Shown: positions 37,708-45,946 of the stretch, one piece after another
Layout of the letters: each line of letters begins with the position of its first letter
Position numbering within the stretch: position 1 is the first letter of the stretch
Source: Candidatus Babelota bacterium
Lineage (GTDB): Bacteria; Babelota; Babeliae; Babelales; UBA12411
Direction of reading: 5' to 3'
Assembly: GCA_003511165.1 (NCBI GenBank)
Contig: DOJW01000008.1
Span: 106,010-170,009, forward strand
DNA length: 64,000 bases
Position numbers and translations under genes: made by a program
Notes under the pieces: generated by a model
Told to the model about the DNA's origin: nothing
Databases searched by the model: none
The model's input: only the letters and a program-made list of their open reading frames with translations

Positions 37708-39186
37708 TTATCGCATATTATCTACCAAAAACTGCACCCACAAGGTGTTTTTGGCAAATTCTGTTTTCATGTAAGAATTATCAACATTAGAACTTTTTGG
37801 AAAATATATTGAAATACCTTTTGCTCTAGCAATATTTTTCCCAACAGTATTAGCTATAACAATTTTTTCAATTGCCTTCATTCCAACCCATAAATCATTT
37901 TTTAAATTTTCAATCTCACCAGATTTGAAATTAATATCACTCGACTCTGCAAGAAGCGTTAACTCATCCTCACTTGATACAATAGAAGATGAAATCTCGT
38001 CAAGTAGTGACATTGTATTATCTTGAACTTGCAATTCAACTTTATCTGATGATGTAGTCGATGTTAAATCCAAACAATTTGTTGGAGTTTCCGTAAGATC
38101 TTTAAAAACCAAATTTTCTCTATTTTCTACATCTTTAGAATTATTTAAAAATTCATTTGATATAACATAATTAACAAATCCATCATTTATTTCACTTGGA
38201 GACTTTTTACCAGCTTTTAATTGATTATAAAGTTCAGAATAAAAAGAATGTAAATCAACATAAATAGGAACATTAAATTGTGCGCAATTATTTCTAGCAG
38301 ATCTAATAACATTAGTAAAAGAGTTACCATAAAGTTTTTTACAATTTTGAATACCTATCAAAATTTGATTCAAATTATTTTTCAAAATTTCAATTTCACT
38401 AATATTTACAGCTGATTGTGTGTACCAATCAAATCGCTTTTCATAAAATCTTTTATAAGCATCAACAATTAGGTACCCAAGCTGCGAAGCGTTTAAACTT
38501 TTTGAATTTAAATCTTTAAATATTTCTGAGAAAAACCAACCATCTGCATGCTCTTGCTCTTGAGATGCAACCAAATATTCAACTCTATCTTTTATTTGAT
38601 AATCGGTTTCTAGCGATGCCATCAAACATGCATCAAGACCCAAAAGTTCTAATTTTTTACCACCCAAAACATCTCTTTTAATACCATCTAACATTTCAAC
38701 TAATTGCTGATTATTTAAATATGTTCTATTTTCCCAATCAAAAAGAATTCCTCGATTAGCAAAATAAGATGGATCTATAGGACCGCTTCCATGACCAGAC
38801 AAAATCAATGCATAATGTTTTGCAGGATATTTTGCAACACCCCATTTAAAAAAATCAATCACATCTTTTGCAATATTTTTACCTGTAAGCGCGGAAGTAT
38901 GATAATCCAAATCTATCGAGCCTTTTTGAACTTTGTATCGCCATGTTCCTATTTTTTTAGGTTGTTCCCACTGCACAACAACATTCAATTTATCGCTAGA
39001 ACCGACCTTTGCCATATCTCTTAAATTTTTGGCAAAAAAATTGTTTAAATCATTTTTTGTCTGTGCATAAACAAAAAATGACCACTCTGCTACCTTTACA
39101 TCTTTGAGAGCGTGTGCATTTAGCTGACAAAATACAAAAAATGTAATTATCAAAAATTTTAAAATAGATAATTTAGTTTTGTTCAT
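37708..39186 (-). CDS. secreted clostripain-family cysteine peptidase (MEROPS C11, clan CD)
   Basis: Signal LSILKFLIITFFVFCQLNAHA. Catalytic His block ALILSGHGSGP and Cys block LELLGLDACLMASLE, then YLVASQEQE. ATG 39186 with a GGGGGA RBS is preferred over GTG 39198. Confidence 0.75.
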   Translation of the reverse strand: MNKTKLSILKFLIITFFVFCQLNAHALKDVKVAEWSFFVYAQTKNDLNNFFAKNLRDMAKVGSSDKLNVVVQWEQPKKIGTWRYKVQKGSIDLDYHTSALTGKNIAKDVIDFFKWGVAKYPAKHYALILSGHGSGPIDPSYFANRGILFDWENRTYLNNQQLVEMLDGIKRDVLGGKKLELLGLDACLMASLETDYQIKDRVEYLVASQEQEHADGWFFSEIFKDLNSKSLNASQLGYLIVDAYKRFYEKRFDWYTQSAVNISEIEILKNNLNQILIGIQNCKKLYGNSFTNVIRSARNNCAQFNVPIYVDLHSFYSELYNQLKAGKKSPSEINDGFVNYVISNEFLNNSKDVENRENLVFKDLTETPTNCLDLTSTTSSDKVELQVQDNTMSLLDEISSSIVSSEDELTLLAESSDINFKSGEIENLKNDLWVGMKAIEKIVIANTVGKNIARAKGISIYFPKSSNVDNSYMKTEFAKNTLWVQFLVDNMR

Positions 39187-39363
39187 ACTATCCCCCACTT
39201 AATTAAAATACATTTATAACTTTATCCCCTTTTAATAAAGTATCGTTAATCAGAGATAAATAAGTCAATATTTACAAATAATCAATTTGTTTTAATGCTA
39301 AACAATAATATTTGAATAAAAGAGGAACTTAAAAAGATGTTTTTTTATCAAAAATTTACATTT

Positions 39364-41043
39364 TTAAGAAACTGAAGGGGTAATAAAAATTAAAAGTTGA
39401 TGATCTTTAATGTTTTTTCTAGTTCCTTTAAAGAGGTATCCAAAAAGAGGAATATTACTTATAAGCGGTATTCCAGCCTTATAATCATTTTTTGTATCTT
39501 CTATTAATCCGCCGATCATTGTAGTTTGCCCGCTTTTGAGGGCAACCCTACTGCTCGATCTTGTTGTAGCAATTGTCGGATATTTTGCACCCGCTGCCTG
39601 GGATGCGCTAGAATTTTCAACATAAATATCTAAAAAAATCGACTTTTTATCTGCAGAAACCAGCGGTTTTACTTTTAACTTTGTCCCCACATCTTTATAG
39701 GTAGCGGTTGTAATATCTCGCAAACTATCCGCAATTGTATCTTTTACAACAGCTTCTATTGGAATACTACTTCCCACCAAAATTTCTGCATCTTCTCCAT
39801 GATTTGTTAAAATCGAAGGCTTTAAAATTGTTTTTACATCTCCTTTTGTCTCAGCAGCATCAAGCTCTAAATTCAATCTTTTTGTATTTAAATCTTTACC
39901 ACCAAAAACAAACGGTAATTTAATCATTCTTCCAGCATCACCAGCCGCAGGGAAAAAATTTAACGCCCAATCAACCACATCGGCCGCAGACTGTGCAGCT
40001 GGAGCGTTTTTAATACCTTCAGAAGGATTACCTCCTCCTATAAACCCCCATCCACTTCCCATACTTGCTCTTCTGTTGTAAATTCCAGACCATCGAACGC
40101 CGAGACTTTCTTCAAAATCTTTATTTGCAATGACCATACGAACTTCGATTTTTACTTGTGGCAAAAAAACATCTATACCTTTCAAAAAACTTTTCATTTC
40201 GCCCACTTGGTGCACTCGACCTCTAAAAAGTATTTTTTTACTCAATTTATCACAAATCAAATAAAATCCTGTTTTCCCAAAATCTTCACCCAAGAGAGAT
40301 TTCCAAACGTTTTCAATATAAATCTTCACCTCATCGGTAAATTTAACATTGTTTAAAGTAATAAAATATCTTTCAAACTCTTCAGACTTTGCGCCCAAAA
40401 TTTTTCTTTTCAAAGATTCATAAATATTTGAAAGTTTTGCGACGCGATAAACATTCATCTCTTTAGTTAAAACTAGCTCTTCTTTGCTAAATGAAAACAA
40501 AATTTTCAAAAATGATGCAAGCGAAACATCTTTTAAATCTAAACTTGGTACCATCACATCAATATCAGGATCCACAACAAAATTTAATTTTGTTAATTTG
40601 CTAGCAAGCATTATCAAATCTGATATTTTTGTATTTTTCAAAGATATTGAAAGCTTTACAGCTAACTCTTTTTCATCAAATTGTTTTTCTAAATTTTTCC
40701 TAATCTCTCCATCAAAAAGCAATTCTTCTTTTTTAGAATGCTCTATGGCTAAAGCCTGTGGCAAATGGGTCAAAAATTTTTGAAATTTATTTTTATCTTT
40801 TGCAAGTATTTTGGCTTCAGCTTCAAGTTCTTTGTCCGAAGATTTAACAATTTTGCTAACAACATCTTGCACCATTGCGCGATCTTCTTTTTCCTTAATT
40901 TGCTGCTCGTTTTCTACCAAATCAGTAAGCAGTGGAGGAACTTGTGATAAATCAAAAAGCTCTTTAGGTATAATAGTTTCATCACAACAAACAAAACCAT
41001 AACTTAAAAATGAAATTAAAATTATTTTTAAAATTTTGCTCAT
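39364..41043 (-). CDS. pilQ: type IV pilus / type II secretion family secretin (PilQ-like)
   Basis: C-terminal secretin domain ...SGQTTMIGGLIEDTKNDYKAGIPLISNIPLFGYLFKGTRKNIKDHQLLIFITPSV. N-terminal signal. Follows PilO/PilP-like genes. Confidence 0.85.
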   Translation of the reverse strand: MSKILKIILISFLSYGFVCCDETIIPKELFDLSQVPPLLTDLVENEQQIKEKEDRAMVQDVVSKIVKSSDKELEAEAKILAKDKNKFQKFLTHLPQALAIEHSKKEELLFDGEIRKNLEKQFDEKELAVKLSISLKNTKISDLIMLASKLTKLNFVVDPDIDVMVPSLDLKDVSLASFLKILFSFSKEELVLTKEMNVYRVAKLSNIYESLKRKILGAKSEEFERYFITLNNVKFTDEVKIYIENVWKSLLGEDFGKTGFYLICDKLSKKILFRGRVHQVGEMKSFLKGIDVFLPQVKIEVRMVIANKDFEESLGVRWSGIYNRRASMGSGWGFIGGGNPSEGIKNAPAAQSAADVVDWALNFFPAAGDAGRMIKLPFVFGGKDLNTKRLNLELDAAETKGDVKTILKPSILTNHGEDAEILVGSSIPIEAVVKDTIADSLRDITTATYKDVGTKLKVKPLVSADKKSIFLDIYVENSSASQAAGAKYPTIATTRSSSRVALKSGQTTMIGGLIEDTKNDYKAGIPLISNIPLFGYLFKGTRKNIKDHQLLIFITPSVS

Positions 41044-41058
41044 TATAAGCTCACCCTT

Positions 41059-41352
41059 CTAGCTAAGATGCAGAGTAATTTTTTTATCATCATCTTCTAA
41101 AATCACATCCTCAAACCTTATTGATGTTACTTTATAATTTTCCACAGGATCAGTTGCAAAAACTATATAACTTTTTTTGCCACAAACGATAACCGCACCC
41201 ATTTTCTCATCCGACTTACAAACAGCCGACAATCGAAAATGTTCTTGAATATCTTTCTGCGATTTTGGACTGTTTACGAAAAATGGATCACGTGCATTTA
41301 CAGCCACACCAGATAATAAAAATGTTATAAATAAAAATTTAAAATTTTTCAT
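41059..41352 (-). CDS. PilP-like pilus assembly protein (short)
   Basis: Signal peptide, ARDPFF motif, then a beta-rich segment (GAVIVCGKKSYIVFATDPVENYKVTSIRFEDVIL). Positioned immediately upstream of the secretin. Confidence 0.5.
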   Translation of the reverse strand: MKNFKFLFITFLLSGVAVNARDPFFVNSPKSQKDIQEHFRLSAVCKSDEKMGAVIVCGKKSYIVFATDPVENYKVTSIRFEDVILEDDDKKITLHLS

Positions 41353-41921
41353 AATTTTGCAAAATCTATAAAATCAATAACCCTAAATAGTATTTCCACC
41401 TTTAAAAAACCACTATCCATGCGTTTGATCACCACTTGTTTAACTTTCAAAAAAGAACTTTTACTCGCTAGATAATCAAAAAAGGAAAACAAACTATCAA
41501 ATGAACCTTCCGCTTTTAATGAGAATAATTTTTTTGAATAAATTTTATCTTTAGCTTTTGTTGGCAGATTTATTTCTTCTAAGTCTAAAAATCTTAAATT
41601 TTTCTTTTCCAAATTTTCCAAAATTACTTTTATATGTTTTTCGACTTTCCACTTTTGGTTTACATTCGAAATTAAAAATTCATTCTCTTTATCCAGCTTT
41701 TGCAGCTCATCAAGTTTTGATTGTAACTGATTGCGTAAAGCTTCACCCTGCTGCAAAGAGTTATTTAGATTTGAAATATTTGAATTTATAGAATTGAAAA
41801 AGAAAATTTTAAAAATTAGAAATAAAATAACAATGACAAAAATTGGCATAAAAATTTTTGATTTCAACGATAAATCGCGTGCTAAAAAAATTAATTTATT
41901 TTCCCTAAAAATTATCGCCAC
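41349..41921 (-). CDS. PilO/PilN-like bitopic pilus assembly protein
   Basis: Single TM (IFMPIFVIVILFLIFKIFFF) followed by a coiled coil. Operon position before the PilP-like gene and secretin. GTG start; overlaps the next gene by 4 nt. Confidence 0.4.
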   Translation of the reverse strand: MAIIFRENKLIFLARDLSLKSKIFMPIFVIVILFLIFKIFFFNSINSNISNLNNSLQQGEALRNQLQSKLDELQKLDKENEFLISNVNQKWKVEKHIKVILENLEKKNLRFLDLEEINLPTKAKDKIYSKKLFSLKAEGSFDSLFSFFDYLASKSSFLKVKQVVIKRMDSGFLKVEILFRVIDFIDFAKL

Positions 41922-42160
41922 AAAAAATCCCGCTAAATTTTTATTATGAAATTGCGCAGTTGATTTTAAGAAATCAAAAAGTTGAAAGTAAAGGATAAAA
42001 ATAAAAAATCGGTAAAACTTTATTTAAAAGCTTTATCTCAAAAACTCAAAAAAGCTCCTAAACTATTATTATTATTATTATTTTCTTGATTTTTTCATCC
42101 CATTTTTTCTAGAAAAGATAAGGTAGTTAACTTTTAATTTTTAAAAAAGGAAAGACATAA

Positions 42161-45100
42161 ATGAAAGTTTCAAAAATTATAGTTTTAGCTTTGTTTATCG
42201 GAAGCATTTTGGGAAATATACGAATTAAATGCGGGGAAGAAGAAGAAGCAATATCCCGTGCAATTGCAAATATACAAAAAAACTACGACGACGAAATATT
42301 AAAACCATATGAACACAATTTAGAAGTTAATCTTAAAGCGATTAAAGAAATAGAAGGCAATATTAAACAAACTAAAAGCAATCTTGAAAAATCACAATCA
42401 CAAGATTCAATTGAATATCATAAATCACAACTGGTTGATCATGAAAAACGTCTTGAAAACGCAATAAAAATATACCTCGATACCATAGAAATTTTTTTAA
42501 AAAACGCAGAAAGTAGAAAAAATCTAATACTAGACGAAATAGCATATCATATCCAAAGAATAGCTAACCTTACACTACGCAAAGAATTAGACCTAAAACT
42601 AAAATTAGAAACAGATCAAATCACAGAAACAATAAGTAAAAAAAGAGCTCAACTTGAGGAAGAGATTAGACTCATACAAGAAGAAGCTAAACGCCTTAAA
42701 GAAGAAATTAAAATTGCAATCGAAAAAAAACAAAAAGAAGATGAACTCGCAAAAGAAAAAGCTAAAATTGAAGCTGAAGCTAAACAAAAAGAAGATGAAA
42801 CTACCTTGGGAAAACAAAAAAATATATTTAGAGATAATATACGCCTTCATTATTTTAAAATCGCTTGTGAAATACTTTCGGAAATAGAAAGTAAAAACCA
42901 AACTAATGATTTTTTTAAATCTATTTGGGACCCTTCTTTTGACATCAACTCAAAAGATAAAGATGAAAACACAATATTAATTGTTGCTGCGATGCATGGC
43001 CTTGATAAATTCGTTACATTTTTACTCGAAAATGGTGCTGATGCAAATGTAAAAGGAGAATATGAGAGAACGGTCTTCTTCTACCTTAACACTAAAAATA
43101 TTGCAATCATTTTGATTGATTGGTTGAAAAAAAATGGTTTAAATCCTGCTGAATATTTGAATGACCGAGACCTCGATGGAAATACGCCTTTAATGGTTGC
43201 AGCAATGCATAGTGCAACTGAGTCACTAAAAATTTTACTAGATAATGGCGCAAATATTAACGCAAGGAATAACGCTGGCCGCTCTTTTCTTCATTTTATT
43301 TATGCAAATCCAAAAGGTATTAGTTATTGGATCGAAATAGCCAAGACTACTGAGCTAACACCAACATTACCAACAATTGATGAATACTATCGAACCCCTC
43401 TATACTGCGCTTTAGAAGAAGGAGAAGATGTAACACAATTCACAAAAGAATTAGAAAAACAAAATGCTCCACTGTTTGGCACCAATAGCGAAGGTCAACC
43501 GGTCTTCCCATATGCTACAAATAATCCTGCTATTTTGGTTAAAGCATTAACCGAAGCTGTGCAAAAACAAAGTAGCATGGACGAGGAATCTCAGCAGCGT
43601 ATTTTGGGTGAAATTCTACTACCTTCAATTTTATTTCAACACCAAGTCTGTCTACCCCTTATAATAAAAGATCCAAAATTACTGCAAAATACTAAAAAAC
43701 TATTTAAAGAATTTGCACCTAAAAGAGTTGATGATTTTTTTGAAAAAACTATTAACGATGCTAAAAAGAATATTCCTCAAGTTCCTTTGCATCATTTAGC
43801 TATATTTATAGATAAAGATGATGAATGGGATGTCACTAATAAAGCTATGAGCGTAAAACTTACATCAATGCTTAAACAAGCAGGCACACCATGTCTCGTT
43901 ATAGGTGGCCATGTACTAAAACATGCGGCCACAAACCTGCATAAAGAAAAATTCGATTTTGAAAAAAACTTTTATTTTTTTACAATCAATGATGATAAAT
44001 TTTTTCCTGTTCTTGTTATTCCTAAAAATTATGCCGCAAGAAATGTAAGCGATAAATCTCTAATAAATTTGTCAAATTTATCTTGGCTAAGATCTTTAGG
44101 TTTTAACCCTAAAAATTTGGTTCATAAAAAATTTGCCAATATCGACTTCAGTAAAGAGCAAATAATTCCAACTAAAGAATTTGGGGAAAAAACTATTAAT
44201 CTGGTTAAAAATGTTTTGACTAATGTTAAAGAACGTGGACGAATTGTATATGTAAGCGGACATGGATATAGTTATATTCGACAAAAAATAGATACTATTT
44301 ATGAGCGTGCGGTAAACTTACCTTTAAACGCATTTTTTGATTTAATTAGAGAGTTAGAAGAAAAAGGCACATTGTTCACACACGTTTTAACATGTTACAT
44401 GGGGGGTGACAATTTATCAGCTTTGGAAAAAGTTATGATAAATGATTTTTACAATACAACGCTTGCAACTATGCTGGATACCCATCAAAAAACAAAAAGC
44501 ACTACTTCCGAAACTCATAATAAAATGTTTTTATCTGTTGCATCAACAGCAGATGTCTCAACAAGCGGAGACGTTGATACAAATTTATTCTTCCCAGCTG
44601 TCGATACGTTTTTCAACTTATTACGATCTGACGCAGTAAAAGATATGATGCCAAATCTATTTACTTGGCTTACAAGAATGTTTAGAACCGTTGGCGTTCG
44701 TAGAGATATTGTGAATTATCCACAAATCAGAATACCTGGTAATCAAACATCATTTTATCTTGCAGATATCCATGGAGACTTACAAATAATCAATAGAATG
44801 AACACCATGCAAGATCGCTTCACAATCGCACAAAAAGGGGATAAAAAAGTAGTTAAAATCAATAAACCAAAAGATATTGTCGTTACAAACAAAAATGTTT
44901 TGGTAACGTACATCGACCATGTCGAAAACAAAGTAATAATCGAAGATAAGGTACCTGTAATACTTGCCATGGGAACTAATGAATATTTCAGAACATTCAG
45001 TGAAATATTTGTAGACATACCTGAAATGGATTTTTTTAATTTTGCTTACAACAGTTTCTACCCTGCAGATTTTGGCGAAGAAATGGGTCATCGCGAAACT

Positions 45101-45781
45101 TATTTAATGAAAAAACTCACTTTTGCAAATGAAGATATTTTTGAAGATATTGATGTTCCACAAGAAATTGCTTCACAAAAACCACAGACTTTATACAACG
45201 TTTATCTCAAAAGAGGATTAGAAGAAAAAGCTGCTGTTATTTTTTCACTCGGACAAAATCCTACTGACGATGTTTTTGAGATAAATGAAGATAAAGTTGT
45301 AAGAAAACTCGAAGGCGAAGAGAAAGAACTTTATTTAGCTAGAGTTTCGGCAATGCAGGCAGAAGTTGGTCACTACTTTAGTCCACTAGAAGAAAAGCTT
45401 CTAAAAAATAGCGCTCTATTCTTACAAGAAAATAAACAAGATTTGGCAAAAGTATTTAAAACCGCATTAGTAAAAAGTGTTGTTTTGAGTGGAAGAGATT
45501 GCGATAAATTATTGTTATCATATTTAAAACTTCTTGATACAACTACAGATGAAGAAATATTAACTTCGCTCAAAGAACTTCTTCCTTTTTTGATGCAAAA
45601 TTACAAAGAAATTCCATCATGGACACTGCTTGAAAAAATGAAATTTGTAATTTTAAGTTTCAAAGAACTAAAAAAGGAAACAGTCGAAACTTTCGAAAAA
45701 ATAATAGATAAACTTTTTGAATTCGATGAGAAAAATAAAAAAGCATTAAAAGATCTACTAAAGAAAATTACAGTTAAATAA
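42161..45781 (+). CDS. giant secreted protein A: signal peptide, Glu/Lys coiled coil, ankyrin repeats, clan CD-like His/Cys domain, helical C-terminus
   Basis: 1206 aa. MKVSKIIVLALFIGSILG; ANK blocks DENTILIVAAMHGLDKFVTFLLENGADANV and DGNTPLMVAAMHSATESLKILLDNGANINA; RIVYVSGHGYSY (His701, nt 44261-44263) and FTHVLTCYMGG (Cys745, nt 44393-44395). Confidence 0.85.
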   Translation: MKVSKIIVLALFIGSILGNIRIKCGEEEEAISRAIANIQKNYDDEILKPYEHNLEVNLKAIKEIEGNIKQTKSNLEKSQSQDSIEYHKSQLVDHEKRLENAIKIYLDTIEIFLKNAESRKNLILDEIAYHIQRIANLTLRKELDLKLKLETDQITETISKKRAQLEEEIRLIQEEAKRLKEEIKIAIEKKQKEDELAKEKAKIEAEAKQKEDETTLGKQKNIFRDNIRLHYFKIACEILSEIESKNQTNDFFKSIWDPSFDINSKDKDENTILIVAAMHGLDKFVTFLLENGADANVKGEYERTVFFYLNTKNIAIILIDWLKKNGLNPAEYLNDRDLDGNTPLMVAAMHSATESLKILLDNGANINARNNAGRSFLHFIYANPKGISYWIEIAKTTELTPTLPTIDEYYRTPLYCALEEGEDVTQFTKELEKQNAPLFGTNSEGQPVFPYATNNPAILVKALTEAVQKQSSMDEESQQRILGEILLPSILFQHQVCLPLIIKDPKLLQNTKKLFKEFAPKRVDDFFEKTINDAKKNIPQVPLHHLAIFIDKDDEWDVTNKAMSVKLTSMLKQAGTPCLVIGGHVLKHAATNLHKEKFDFEKNFYFFTINDDKFFPVLVIPKNYAARNVSDKSLINLSNLSWLRSLGFNPKNLVHKKFANIDFSKEQIIPTKEFGEKTINLVKNVLTNVKERGRIVYVSGHGYSYIRQKIDTIYERAVNLPLNAFFDLIRELEEKGTLFTHVLTCYMGGDNLSALEKVMINDFYNTTLATMLDTHQKTKSTTSETHNKMFLSVASTADVSTSGDVDTNLFFPAVDTFFNLLRSDAVKDMMPNLFTWLTRMFRTVGVRRDIVNYPQIRIPGNQTSFYLADIHGDLQIINRMNTMQDRFTIAQKGDKKVVKINKPKDIVVTNKNVLVTYIDHVENKVIIEDKVPVILAMGTNEYFRTFSEIFVDIPEMDFFNFAYNSFYPADFGEEMGHRETYLMKKLTFANEDIFEDIDVPQEIASQKPQTLYNVYLKRGLEEKAAVIFSLGQNPTDDVFEINEDKVVRKLEGEEKELYLARVSAMQAEVGHYFSPLEEKLLKNSALFLQENKQDLAKVFKTALVKSVVLSGRDCDKLLLSYLKLLDTTTDEEILTSLKELLPFLMQNYKEIPSWTLLEKMKFVILSFKELKKETVETFEKIIDKLFEFDEKNKKALKDLLKKITVK

Positions 45782-45788
45782 AGATTAA

Positions 45789-45825
45789 AGTGGTATGAAT
45801 TTTTTTAAATTCATACCACTTTTTA
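45789..45825 (+). terminator. rho-independent terminator of giant gene A
   Basis: Stem AGTGGTATGAAT 45789-45800 / ATTCATACCACT 45809-45820, followed by tttt. Confidence 0.8.
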
Positions 45826-45879
45826 TAAGTTCATAAATACTAATTAAATATAAAAACTTCTGCTCTCTAAAATACCACA

Positions 45880-45946
45880 TTTTTGATTTCAACGATAAAT
45901 CGCGTGCTAAAAAGATTAACTTATTTTCTCTAAAAATTGTCGCCAC
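45880..45946 (-). pseudogene. duplicated 5' fragment (about 22 codons) of the PilO-like gene, created by the tandem duplication
   Basis: The minus strand reads GTG GCG ACA ATT TTT AGA GAA AAT AAG TTA ATC TTT TTA GCA CGC GAT TTA TCG TTG AAA TCA AAA, which is M-ATIFRENKLIFLARDLSLKSK. The intact gene reads MAIIFRENKLIFLARDLSLKSK. Confidence 0.85.

Larger units (their letters stand above)
41853..45880. repeat. tandem segmental duplication, unit 1 (about 4.03 kb): 5' end of the PilO-like gene, promoter region, giant ankyrin gene A, terminator flank
   Basis: 41853-42160 aligns with 45881-46188. The gene bodies are collinear. Junction: ...ctctctaaaataccac|atttttgatttcaacg at 45880/45881. Confidence 0.9.

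Noticed and set aside
42605-42901. Phe/Lys-rich ORFs on both strands within the coiled-coil region of giant gene A (and 46548..46802 in B)
   Set aside because: They are low-complexity by-products of the GAA/AAA-rich coding sequence. The 1206-aa and 1184-aa frames are clearly the real ones.
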